From the human T2T-CHM13v2.0 reference genome, Homo sapiens: DNA of 64,000 nt. The DNA is taken from NCBI RefSeq assembly GCF_009914755.1, contig NC_060940.1; one strand, written 5' to 3'. A program made the translations under genes and the position numbers. Every line of letters begins with the position of its first letter. Position 1 is the first letter of the stretch. Shown piece after piece: positions 30,460-45,583 of the stretch. A model generated the notes under the pieces. It was not told the origin of the DNA. It searched no databases and saw nothing but the letters and a program-made list of their open reading frames with translations.

Positions 30460-31973
30460 CATGCATTCTCAACAGGGACAATACCACCCCTAAAGAGGCA
30501 AAAATTAGTTCTTGGAGGGTGGTGGAAAATATCTTAAATATTACAATGGTTTGCGGCCCCCAAAGAGCCACAGAACATAAACAGATACATGGTATGTTTA
30601 AAGCATTACATTTTTCCTGGGAAGGGCGTGGGAAGGGTAAGCAAATCGGTATATCCACACCATGGAATACTCAGCAGTAAAAGGGAATGAATTATTGAGG
30701 TGCATAACTTGAATGGATTACAAGGGCATTATGTGGAATGAAAAAAGCCAATCTCAAAAGGCGATGTGCTGTATGATTCCATTTATATAACATTCTTGAA
30801 ATAACAAAAGGCTCAAGATGGAGAACAGATGAGTGGCTGCCAGAGGTAAGGGACAGGGAGAGAGGGGTGGATGTGGTTATAACCTGGGCACATGTAAGGC
30901 CAAACACAAATGGAAAATGAGGCTTAGTTCTCCTTGTTGAAAATAAGGGAAGAGACTTCTCTTCCTCCCCTTAGAGTATTTAGTTTAGAACATTTGTAAT
31001 TTTAAGTTCTTTGAAATGTTATCGCTTTGAAATGTAGATAAATCTTTTTAAAAGTGAAATAAGCCTCTTGCCAGCTTTAGGAGCCAGAAGTGTCTTTCTC
31101 AAGGACCTGGGAACCATCTCTTTGACACGTAATCAACAAGAAAGGTGAAGTCCCTACTCCCAGTTTCTGTGAGAGGATGGGAGCCTAGCTTCCATGGGGC
31201 CCTGCTAGAAAGACAAGTTTGTTTTTCCTTTGGATAAAGCCAATTAGCTAACACAGTTGGTCACCTCAATTACCATGTCGATTTAGGATAAACTATGTGT
31301 GACAAATGATGGTGTCAAGTCCTCTTACTTGAGACTAGCTATTTTTTACTCTGAGAACAGGAATGAAAAGGCTTGGATCTGGTTGGCTCTATAGGAGGGG
31401 CAGACTTCCTTCTGTCTTTGCAATCTCTCAGCAGATTGCCTGTGATGGGCATCACATTCTGGTTTAATACTTATTCAATAATAAAATTGTTTTCTTTCTC
31501 TTCTACCTTTGTGGATAGATTTTCTGGGTTGGAGGGAGATTTTGTTTTTAATTTTATTTCCTCAAGAAGCACGAGGAATCTTGGTGGTAATGGAATAGTT
31601 CTGGATCTTAATTGCGGTGGTGGGTTCACAAATCTACATGTGATAAAATTGCACAGAACTACACCACACACATACACACATGCATGTAAAAGTGGTGAAA
31701 TCTGAATAAGCTCTGTGGCTTGTACAAATGTCAATTTCATGGATTTGATGTTGTACTATAGTTATACGAGACGTTACTGCTGGGAAAACCCTTTTTTTTT
31801 CAATTCCCTGTAAATATATTATTTCAAAATAAAAAGTTAAAAAGTATATGTCAAACTATTCAAGGAGATTCCATTTTGTATATAATAAATAAAAATATTT
31901 CATGGGGAATATTAGGAAAAAAGGTCTAAAATGGATTTTTAGGGAGTGATAATGGAAAAGGTTGAGAAATACT
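30460..31973. mobile_element. MER119-like hAT element split by an L1M 3' fragment, itself split by an ERV1-type solo LTR (~30893-31567)
   Basis: Inverted ends ttctcaac/gttgagaa; L1M 3'UTR resumes after the LTR; LTR starts TGT and has AATAAA near its end. Confidence 0.6.
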
Positions 31974-33527
31974 ATTTGAAAAGGGCTAATCCTTAAGTCT
32001 AGGCCCAGCAGGGAAGGTTAATGTGTGCCATGGCCCACAGTGAGGCACAGGAGGTGAGAGTGGAAGTGTGACAAACTGGGAGAGGAGCAGCGTCTGCTGA
32101 CAGCCTTCCCAGTTGTCTGGATTCTAGAGCAGCAAAGCCAACTCTGTGCTTGGCTCCTGAGCCATGAGTGGTCCACTCTGCCCTACTCAAGGGAACCAGC
32201 TTGGCTCTGCACGTACCATCATATTCACAGAAACCCCACCCCACTGCTCTCCTAGGCTTTGATAAGGTGCAGCCTGGGAACCCAATAAGCAGGTGGAGAC
32301 ACATCATTGCGTCCAGTGGGCAGCCCGGGGCTGGCAGGAGAAGGCAGAGGCTAAGGGCACCATCTTAGCAGCTGGGCAGGCCTGGTTTCAAATCCTAGCT
32401 CTGTGCTTGCCTTGGGACATGCACTTCACTTCTGTAAAACTAAAATTTAGATGACAGCAGCACCATTCTCCCCCCACCCTCATTGTGGGAGGATTTAACA
32501 AGATAACAGTACAGGTTAACAGTATGGCACAGGCTTAGTATAAGAGTCCAATAAATGGTAACTGATGTTATTAATTATGATCATCCTTGGTGCTAAGGTT
32601 CACTTTTAGCATCTTGTACTTGAACCAGCCTTCTGCAAAACAAATAATCCCCGGTGGGCTTTGGTGCTTCCTGTCTCCCCCATGACACCTTTCTCCCCCA
32701 CATTAGAGCCCCCTCTTAACCAACCTAAGGGCTCTCTAGCCACATATATGATTCTTCCTTAGAACAATATTCGCATGCACATTTGCATTTGGAAAGAACA
32801 GCAGCGGGGTTGGCAGCTGTCAGGGTCAGGAATAGACTTTTAAAACAGGACTTTCAGGGGTGATGAGGGAGGATATATTGGGATTTTGTCTTCCTATCCC
32901 AGCCTTTATTTACAAGCTGAGAAGCTCTCTCCTCCAGAGACCCTCGCTTGGCTCCCACCTCTGTGGCACCACATGCTCCTGACTTTTCCAGAATCTTTTG
33001 GCCACCCCTCTCCCCCACTCAGATGCTGGGGTATTTTGGGGCTACATTCTGAATCTGCCTTTTTTCCTGCTCACTAGACATACTTCCTAGGGAATCTCCC
33101 CATTTCCTGTGATTGCAATGATCATCTGATGACTCTCAAGTCACCTTCTCCAACCTCTCTCTCTCCCCGAGGTGCCCAGCAGTGGCTCCGGTTCCCTACT
33201 GGCTGCTCTACGCAGATGATGCACAGAAATCTCACATTCGGTAGCCACGGGAAACAGCTGAACTCCTTTCCCTCCCCTCCCCTCCCACCAAGACCTCGCT
33301 TCTCCTCCTGAGTTGCCTGTCTCAGTCCCCCTCCTTACCCCGTCATCCAAGCAAGACTTAGAGGTCCCCTCCACCCCATGCCCATATCCAATCAATCCCT
33401 AAGTCTTGACCATTCCACTTCTGGAATATTCCTTGAACCCACCCAGTTCGCCCTGTCCCCACTGTCATCACCATTGCTTACAGCACCACCATCTCTCACC
33501 TAGAATTACTCCATCAGCTTAAAAAAA

Positions 33528-33641
33528 CTGTAGAGATGGAGTTTCACCATGTTGTCCAGGCTGGTCTCAAATTCCTGGCCTCAGGCCATCCTTGGCTTCC
33601 CAAAGTACTGGGATTATAGGAATGGGCCACTGCACCTGGCC
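33528..33641 (-). mobile_element. Alu left monomer/FLAM inside L2 relic
   Basis: Single-arm reverse Alu. Confidence 0.8.
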
Positions 33642-34061
33642 CTCCGTCAGCTTCTAAAAAAACTGATCTCTCGAATCTACTCTCATCATCCCCAAGTTCC
33701 TGTCCCCTCAAAGCTCCACATGGCAGCCAGAGGGATCTCTTAAAGATGCAAAGTCGATTGGGCCACACCTCTCGTTGCCCTCAGGATGAAGTCCAAAAAC
33801 CTTAATAGATCAGCCATCTGATACCTCACCTCCTGGGCTCATCTTGCCTCTCCTAGCTTCCTGATTCTTTGCCTTATCTCTGTCTTTCTCTTTTCTGTAC
33901 CTCAGAGACCATGTCCTTGCCCCTGGGCTTCTGCACACAGTGCCCTTCTGCACACACACCCCACACACTGTGCACACAGTGCCCTCTGCACACAACTCCT
34001 ATGCACTCTGCACGCACCACCCTCCTGCACAGGCGTCCCGTGCAGGCTGGAGCTGTCTTAC

Positions 34062-34189
34062 CTCAGCAGGCTCGTCTTCTGGCACTTCCTCAGTTATTAT
34101 GTCAAAGTGATCGAGCATTTCACATTTGTTATACTCTTTGTCTGTGTTTTTCCTGGCTTGATTCAAGAACATTTCATACTTTTCATTTG
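34062..34189 (-). CDS. HYDIN: HYDIN exon ~30, 128 nt, ANEKYEMFLNQ...PEDEPAE
   Basis: ggtacAG|CAAATG ... GCTGAG|GTAAGA; phase 1-0. Confidence 0.94.
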
Positions 34190-34470
34190 CTGTACCAGGG
34201 TGGGGAGTGGGGGTTGGAAGGAGAGCAGAATCAGGAAGGTCAGAAAAATATGAATGATGTCGCAAACACAGACCCTCAGCTCCTGGTAAGGTGGGAAGGG
34301 AAGTGGACTTTTGGATACTTTGTCTGCCCCGCTTTCCCTGCTTCAGAGGGTGAGGTGATGTGAGAGTTGAATCTGTATTAGAGACCTCACTGAGTTCAAT
34401 GAGATTGTGCTTTAGTGAAGGACTGGCTAGTTCTCCAGAACTTGAAGTTAGTTACATTTGAAGACACTCA

Positions 34471-34584
34471 TAGGGTGACCCACTTGATCCTGGCTTGCTT
34501 GGGGTTTTCTTGGTTCTAGCACTTAAACCCCTACACCCTGGAGCTCTCCCAGTGCTGGACAAACCCAGACAGCCGGTCACCCTT
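34471..34584. mobile_element. MER81-like hAT MITE
   Basis: TIRs agggtgacc / ggtcaccct. Confidence 0.7.
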
Positions 34585-34796
34585 TAAGTCACTTTTTATG
34601 TTTATTAAATCTCAATTAACAAAAGATATGTTTGGGTCAAGTTGTTTTAATTAACACTAAATATGCCACATTATCCTGAATCAGGGAGGGTAGGTAATCG
34701 GTGGAGAGATTCCCACCCGAATTTACCACTACGCCCGTGCAAATTCAAATCCTTTGAAAGGCAAAGGTAGGAAAGTCATTTAAAATGCCTACTATA

Positions 34797-35100
<304 letters not shown>

Positions 35101-35367
35101 GCCTATTATAAAACAATAGGAAATGCTGTGAGTGTAGTGAACTGGAGAACAGAAGACCCAACTAATGGTGTTCAAATTTAAATTATTTTAAAGCCCTTAC
35201 TGGCCAAACCATGTCTACTGCCCTGATGAGGCCAGCTGGGTGCCCAGTTTCAACCGTATAGCAAAGGTTTTCCTTCCTGAAATTATATGTAGAGCTGGAG
35301 TAACCCTCATCTGGCTGGAACTCTAGATACGAGAGTGTAACATGGTCTTAGCATTAGTGACATTTAT

Positions 35368-35648
35368 TGCCAGGCATTGTGGCTCAACACCTGTAATCTT
35401 AGTGCTTTGGCAGGCTGAGATGGGAGGATCACTTGAGACCAGGAATGCAAGACTAGCCTGGGTAACAAAGTAAGATCCTATCATAAAAAAAAAAAAATTA
35501 AAAAATTAGCCAGGCATGGCAGTGCACATCTGTAGTCCCAGCTCCTCAAGAAGCTGAAGCGGGAGGATCCCTTGAGCCTAAGAGTTAAGATTACAGTGAG
35601 CTCTGATTGCACCACTGTATTTCAGCCTGGGTAACAGAGCGAGACCTT
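35368..35648 (+). mobile_element. AluJ followed by TA-rich repeat (35674-35717)
   Basis: Diverged Alu consensus. Confidence 0.88.
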
Positions 35649-36538
35649 TTTAAAAAAGAGACAGGGTCTTGCCTATATATATATATAAATATAAATATAA
35701 ATTATATATATATATATGCAAGTTTTCAGGGAGCAGACAATTAGAATTCAGTGGATGATTATGAACAGGAGAGTTAGTAACTTCAGGGAATGGGGTAACA
35801 GGAAAGGCTGGGTGGGAGGACTTAGTCTGAAGCTTTTTAGGGAAAGTAGATTTCAAGGAGCTTGAATAGAGATTCATAAAGAGTGAGAGGTTTCCCTGAT
35901 CCATCGTCCTGTACCTGACGTCAGGAAGAAAGAGCCAGAGACAGTCTATGGCTAAAAGGGCTGCTCAGCTGAGGTTCGGAATCTGCCAAGACAGAAATAT
36001 TCTGCTACAAAAGGATAGTCCTGGGGGCCAGATGTAACTGGGAAATGTAAGTGGGAAGACAATTATTCAAGTCTAATTTAGCCTTCACCCTGTGTAATGC
36101 CAAAATAAGGGCTCAGAATCTGTGTCCGCCTTTCTGTGCAGTTTATACTTTGAGAATTCTACTCCTGGAAGCTCATTGGCTCTTACCTTCCCAGTGGCAT
36201 CTAGGAGAATGTCACAGGGAAAGGACAGCTCGGGGAAAGACTGGGGCCAGAAGGAAAGTGCATGGGGGAGGAAAAGCTTTTGGAGGTAAATTTCCTGATC
36301 CCTCTGTCAGTAATTCAATAATGGCCAAATTGGCCAGGGTTCTTCACTTGGGGCTGCCATAGACGATTTCTTGTCGCAGTAAACTCAGGTCACCAATTTG
36401 GCAATTGCAGAATAACGTGGAAGAGAACCACAGGGCATTTCCAAGCAAATAAAGTAAGTAGCCAGCAATCTTCCAATAAGCAAAGCTAAAATGCTTGTTT
36501 TGTCCCCAGTGGGGAACTACTCCAGTGTGAAGTACTAC

Positions 36539-36716
36539 CTGTGAGGTTCCTGGGGAGATCGAGGCAGATTTGGGGAAAGATTCCCTCTCCGCTCAGAGTG
36601 ATATTTTCTGGGTCCAGGTGGGCGATCTGTATCTGGAAACTCCTTTTAAAGACCTCAGGTACTCCAGGTAGGTAGTAAACTTTTAATACCTGCTCTTGAT
36701 GTGAACTGATAAAGCC
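36539..36716 (-). CDS. HYDIN: HYDIN exon ~29, 178 nt, GFISSHQEQVLKVYYLPG...LDLPRNLT
   Basis: cgcgtAG|GGCTTT ... TCACAG|GTAGTA; phase 0-1; absent from ORF track. Confidence 0.93.
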
Positions 36717-36994
36717 CTACGCGGTAGAAAGACCAGAAAAGGGAAAACGAATGTGCTACAGTACAGGTTCAACTCATTAAATTACTTAAAACAACAACAA
36801 CAATGACAAAGTAAACCTAAAAAAAGAAGGAAAGGAGTAAGAGATTTAATGAAATGAGTGCAAAGAAACAGAAGAGGTTCGTAAATCCACAAACTGGTTC
36901 TTTGAAAAAAGACGAATAAAATACACAAAACTGGCAAGACTGATTAAGAAGATAAGGAGAAAAGTCACTAAAAATGTAAAAAGAAAAATGGTTC

Positions 36995-39740
<2,746 letters not shown>

Positions 39741-40332
39741 GAAGAACAGACTTTATCATTAAAGATGATGGTGCTCATTATCTTTGGATTTACAAGATTA
39801 TGAATAATTACACTTTAAAAATATTTTCCTTTTTTAATAACAATTATGTGCTATTTTCATAATGAGAAAAATTCAACAAATGTTCCTTAAAACTGGTAGA
39901 TCAACATAATATGAACAAGGAACCACTTTCTCTGTTTGCTTCTGAAACCAGTTTGGCTCAGCGCAGTCTGCTAGTGTTTTCACACCTGCTGAAGTCAGTG
40001 GAGAGGAAGCCCTCGGGAATTACAAGGGCAGCGTGAAGACATCGGTGGAAATAAATTAGTCTCATTATCATGGAAAAAAAATCCATGGGTTGCATCTGTC
40101 TTGTTGATTGCTGTATCCCTGGTGCCTGGAAACTGGTTACTGTGGGACTAAATAAATATTTGTTTAATAAATGAGCGAAGTGGCTTGGATTTATTTTTTT
40201 TTTCTGCTTCCGAGAGTTCTTTAGTTTTAACAAAAAGAAAAAATCACACTTGTAATCCTGGTCGTGAATACTCACCTGCTTCGGAGTGGGGCTCGTAGGT
40301 TTGAATTCGGGCCCCTCCCACCATTTACTTAC

Positions 40333-40470
40333 AGACACAGGCAGGATTAGTGGCACTCCAGGGAGAAGGTTGTCTGGAGAAGACTGGTGGTCAGTCAGAA
40401 CCTTGAACTCAAAGCCAACTTTCCCCATGTTCGTCAGCGTGATTTCCCTCTCTGTGACATGGTCAAACAG
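40333..40470 (-). CDS. HYDIN: HYDIN exon ~28, 138 nt, LFDHVTEREITLTNMG...PLILPVS
   Basis: ttctcaAG|CTGTTT ... GTGTCT|GTAAGT; phase 0-0. Confidence 0.94.
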
Positions 40471-40789
40471 CTTGAGAAGAGAAGGAGAAGAGTGACTCCA
40501 TCTTGGGATGCGGCTTTGATAGTGACAAAGGTGCAGAAACATGCCTCATGGATAAGGGTGTGACAGCTCCTGATATAAATACTGGTCAATCTACATCTCA
40601 GCATCACAACAAATGCCTACTGGGGCACTAGACTCTGGAAACCTGGCTCTTAGTTCTTCTAAGAACCGATTCAGTTTAGGTATGGCTGTGGGGCTGAGCA
40701 TTTCACCTTCCTGGGTCTCAGTTTTTTCACTACAGGAACTTGTAATAGAGAATCTTAAAGTAAGCTTTCTACATTAAAAAGATTTGCCT

Positions 40790-41283
40790 AGTATTCCATG
40801 GTGTATATGTGCCACATTTTCTTAATCCAGTCTATCATTGTTGGACATTTGGGTTGGTTCCAAGTCTTTGCTATTGTGAATAGTGAGAAAGTAAGCTCGT
40901 AAGGCCCCAGCGAGATGCAGCCATAAAAAATGATGAGTTCATGTCTTTGTGGGGACATGGATGAAGCTGGAAACCATCATTCTCAGCAAACTATCGCAAG
41001 GACAAAAAAACCAAACACCGCATGTTCTCACTCATAGGTGGGAATTGAACAATGAGAACACTTGGACACAGGAAGGGGAACATCACACACCAGGGCCTGT
41101 TGTGGGGTCGGGGGGAGGGGGGAGGGATAGCATTAGGCGATATACCTAATGTAAATGACAAGTTAATGGGTGCAGCACACCAACATGGCACATGTATACA
41201 TATGCAACAAACCTGCACGTTGTGCACATATACCCTAGAACTTAAAGTATAATAAAAAGAATTAAAATAAATAAATTAAAAAA
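40790..41283 (+). mobile_element. Short 5'-inverted L1PA 3' end (inverted 40790-40885, filler 40886-40914, direct 40915-41283)
   Basis: TSD AAAAAGATTTGCCT at 40776-40789 and 41284-41297; L1 3'UTR plus polyA. Confidence 0.92.
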
Positions 41284-42344
41284 AAAAAGATTTGCCTTCT
41301 GGATTCTGTCCTGTAAGAAAAACAAAAGATTTGAGTTTAGAATGTTCTAGAATGAACTTTTCCATTCAAATGGAGAACCATGGGTGTAACAGGCCAGTCA
41401 TGTTCTTTTTCCTGGAATTTTGCTAACATAATTCACCAGCTGGGTTAGCAGGCCCAATAACCACAAACAGGCCACTTTGGGGGTCCTTAGGAAAAGCTAG
41501 GGTGAGGTCTGACTGCTTCAAAGACTATACTCAGACATGAGCCGAAACCAAGTGCCCAAAGGACCCTGGAGACGACGAAGGCAAGAGAATTCTATTTGGT
41601 CAGCATCATGGAGATGGTCTCAGTAGGTGCTGGGTGAATCAGATTTTAGGCACAATCTTTGATCTATAAACACACATGCATGCACACAATTCAGTAATGA
41701 TACATGCAGGAGCTATGTAATGGAGATTCAATCCTCATGGAAATTTGGTAGGAGATATGGTCTCCGAGTGCATAACACAAAATCTGATTGGGAAGAGAAT
41801 GTGTACTGATGGAATTAATTGACAATTATTCCAAAACAAAAATGGGAAAGTATATTATATTATGGCAAAGACTATCATTAAGTGCCAAGGGAATGTAAAG
41901 TAAAAGATAACCCTAGAAGGAGCTGAGCTGGGTCTTATAGGATGTAAAGGTTTGGGTTTGGCAGAGTGGAGGATGAGAGGGATAAGGTAAGACAAAGTGT
42001 AGCTGCATGAAGCGCTGGGGTGCACTGGGGCCGGTGGGTAGACCAGCTTGGCCACAGTGAAATGTATGGACTACAAGAGGGAATTATGGGAAGTGAAACT
42101 TCCAGTGTAAAGATCACCAGTTAATAGAGAGGCTTAGGATAGCCTCACCCAGGTGAGGAATGGGCTCTGACCCAAAGGAACTCATGACAATTGACAGCCA
42201 ACTCTGACCCAGCACAGCACTGACCAGATAGATGCTTTAAGCAATGACAACTCCTGGTGGGATGGGCTTGCTACTCCGTTCCCACCTTATAGATGAGGGA
42301 CACTGAGGCTTGGAGAGGTGATGTGCCCAAGGTCATGCAGTCGG

Positions 42345-42413
42345 GAGGAAGTAAAACTGGAATAGGAAGAGGAAGTAAAACCGGAATACAAAGAGGAAGT
42401 AAAACCGGAATAC
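42345..42413. repeat. 24-bp minisatellite (~2.9 copies) inside a MIR
   Basis: gaggaagtaaaac(t/c)ggaata units. Confidence 0.9.
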
Positions 42414-43071
42414 GAAACCACGCTCTTTGGTCAATATCACATTGCTTTGCCAAATGCTGCTGGGATTAATTGGTCAGGGACTGACAGGATGACAACACCA
42501 TTTTGGAAAATGTCGCTGGACTTACTGAATCAGAATCTGCACTTGAACAAAACTCCCAGGTGATTCATAGGCACATTACAGTGTGGGAGGAACTGCTGTA
42601 ATAATTTAGGCATGGCTTGATGAGACCCTGTAATGTGATATCAGTGGCAATGGGAAGAGAAAACTGACTCAGAGAGGGACGCTGGTGATGAGTCAGCAAA
42701 CCCTGGAGGCTTAGAAGGATGTGGAGAGGTGAAGGAGAGAGTGCAGCGGAAAAGCCTTGGAGATTGTGAACCCAAGGGTGGAGAAAATGGTAATGCTATT
42801 GAAAGAAATGCAGAAGTTGGAACAGGCTCCTGGATTGAAAGGGAAGAAGTGACCTTGAGCATCTAACATGCTGAGTTTCAGGAGACGATAAGAAAAGCAA
42901 GTGTAAGTATCTGGCAAACAGTTGGCAGCAGGAGGATGGTCAGGGTTAGGGAGGCTGATGGGAGATCAAGGACGGGGTGATGGCGAGACTATGATGATTG
43001 GGGTTCAGGAGAGATTTGTTTAAGATGCTTAAGACAAAACCAGAAAATCTCTACCCGATGGTTTGTGATAC

Positions 43072-43281
43072 CTGTAATCCGTAGTGAATATCCTTGGTGT
43101 CAAAGGAATAGTTGACCAGGGACGCCTCTCCCTTCAGTGTTATTTCGTAGGTGGGTCCTTCTTCCACTTCACACAGAGCTTTAGCTTGTGCAATGATGTT
43201 AGCGTGTCCATAGAAGGTGAACGATATTTGGTGGCTACTGTGTGGCTGCAACACTCCAAACAGGGGCAAAATATCAAACAC
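43072..43281 (-). CDS. HYDIN: HYDIN exon ~27, 210 nt, VFDILPLFGVLQP...DIHYGLQ
   Basis: tctgcAG|GTGTTT ... TTACAG|GTATCA; phase 0-0; ASH/Ig-like sequence. Confidence 0.95.
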
Positions 43282-43540
43282 CTGCAGAGAAAGTCATTCT
43301 GTAAGAGAGCAGCTGTTGGGATGAATGCCTGCCAAGGATAAGTGAAAGTTATGTCAATTTACACATTAATTCCAGTCTTTAACTCATTTGATAGAAGGTA
43401 GCCCAGCACCCTGAAAACACATAATGGTAATGATGGTAACAGTGCTCTGGTGAGATTTAAGTTTCTAATGTGGGGCAGCTGCTCAGTTAGAAAGTAAAGT
43501 TAGTGTCTGATAAGGTCAGGAATCACACGGTGTCACTTAC

Positions 43541-43660
43541 TTCTTCTATCCCAATGGAAAGCATCTCATTCTGTTCACAGGTCTGTAGGGATTCCTGATC
43601 CTCCACCTGGCTCTGGCTTGAGTATATTCTTTCTATTTCAGTAGAGCTAATTTTTATTTC
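43541..43660 (-). CDS. HYDIN: HYDIN exon ~26, 120 nt, EIKISSTEIERIYSS...MLSIGIEE
   Basis: tttctAG|GAAATA ... GAAGAA|GTAAGT; phase 0-0. Confidence 0.93.
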
Positions 43661-44217
43661 CTAGAAATTAAAGATGTGAGGAAAAGCTGGCAAGCATTCA
43701 AAATGGATCATCAATTGACAGAAAAATAAAGTATGTTGTATATGATTATAAAAATAGTACATTTTTTCCCAGGAAGATAATTGAGCAAGTGACTATAATG
43801 TACATACGAGGATGTTTACTGCAGCATTATTTATAACAGCAAAACTTTGGAAGCCAACTCAGTGCCCATCAATAGGGGGTCACTTTAAATGAAGTGTGTG
43901 TGGTACACCTATCCATGAAGGATAATGCATGTATATTTATGGATAGGGATGATGTGCACAACATATTATTGAGTGAAAAGCAGTTCTATTCATGTAAAAT
44001 TACATATGCCTCATGTGTCTGAAGGTGTGTGTGTGTAAATTCCTTCAGAGATTTGCATTGGCAAATAGAAATATCTGGGAGGTTGTTTGCTAAGAATTTC
44101 GTAGCATTTTTCTCAGTGGGGTAGAAAGAAGATGGGAATTTTGAGGATGTTTGCTTTAATTTTTCTGTATTCTTGAGTTTATATGTACACACATGTACAT
44201 ATATATGTACATATATA

Positions 44218-44486
44218 TTTTATTTTTGAGACAAGATGTCTGTCTCTGTCACCCAGGCTGGAATGCAGTGGCATGATCAGAGCTCACTGCAGCCTTGAAT
44301 GCCTGGGCTCAAGTGACCTTCCCACCTCAGCCTCCCTAAAGTAGCCAGGACTGCAGGCGTGCACCACCACACCCTGGAGTCTCGTTATGTTGCCCAGGCT
44401 GGTCTTGAACTCGTGGCCTCAAGCCATCCTCCTGCCTTGGCTCCCAAAGTACTGGGGTTACAGGCGTGAACCACTGTTTCTGGCCT
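44218..44486 (-). mobile_element. AluJ lacking the central linker
   Basis: Reverse Alu with arms fused at caccctggagtctc. Confidence 0.85.
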
Positions 44487-45261
44487 ATTCTTGAGTTTTC
44501 TATGACACGCATCTTTGAAAACAGAAAAAGAAGAATTAATATTTAAAAGACAAATATTTTATATACTCACACATACTCATTCTAAAAAATTTTTAAAATA
44601 TAGAAAGCTCCAAGGAAAGAAATAAAAGTCCATCTCAGGTTATACTGTAGATAAATATTATTATATATATGTGTGTATATATAGTGTATTATGTGTGCAT
44701 ACATATTTGTATTCTGATTTTTCAGTTGACCTAATATGAGTGCCATCTTCCCATATGACTGAATATTCTTCACAAACATCACTTAAAGTATTTTAGAAAG
44801 TTGATTGTACATGATACAAATTTAAAATATTCAAAAGGATATATGGTAAAAAGATAAAAAAAGACTTCTATCCCTACAGTTCTCCGGTTCTCCCCTCCTG
44901 AGGTACCCACTGTCCAGTTTCCTATATGTTGAATTTAGTTATTCCTCTTAATTCAGCTGATATTTACTGGGGACTTACTAAGAACCAGTTCTATATCCTG
45001 AGGATATGACGATGAACAAAACAGAAAAAAAATTCCTGCCCTCATGAAGATTAAATTCCAGAGATATTCCACGCACAAGCAAAGATATCTATGTAACTGT
45101 TTGAGAGATAACACAGTAGCTAAGAGCAAGCAAGATGGTCGAGTCTTCCAGCTCCACTGCTTGATGGACGTGTCCCTGCATTGGTAAAATGGGGAAAGAT
45201 AGTGGTATCCACCTCACAGAGGTGTTGGGAAAAGTAAAAGAGTTAATGTAAAAAATTGCTT

Positions 45262-45541
45262 AGCTGGGGGCGATGTCTCATGGCTGTAATCCCAGGACTT
45301 TGGGAGGCTGAGGCAGGTGGATTGCCTGAGCTCAGATGTTCAAGACCACCCCGGGCAACATGGTGAAACCCTGTCTCTACTGAAATACAAAAATTAGCCG
45401 GGCATGATGGCAAGTGCCTGTAATCCCAGCTATTTGGGAGGCTGAAGCACGAGAATTGCTTGAACCCAGGAGGTGGAGGTTGCAGTGGGTCAAGATGGTA
45501 CCACTTCACTCTGGCCTGGGCAACAGAGTGAGACTCTGCCT

Positions 45542-45580
<39 letters not shown>
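45262..45580 (+). mobile_element. AluS with uninterrupted 38-A tail
   Basis: Alu consensus; A run 45543-45580. Confidence 0.93.

Positions 45581-45583
<3 letters not shown>

Noticed and set aside
39958-40542. 194-aa minus-strand ORF as a separate gene
   Set aside because: HYDIN exon ~28 with chance open intronic flanks; the same applies to ORFs around the other exons
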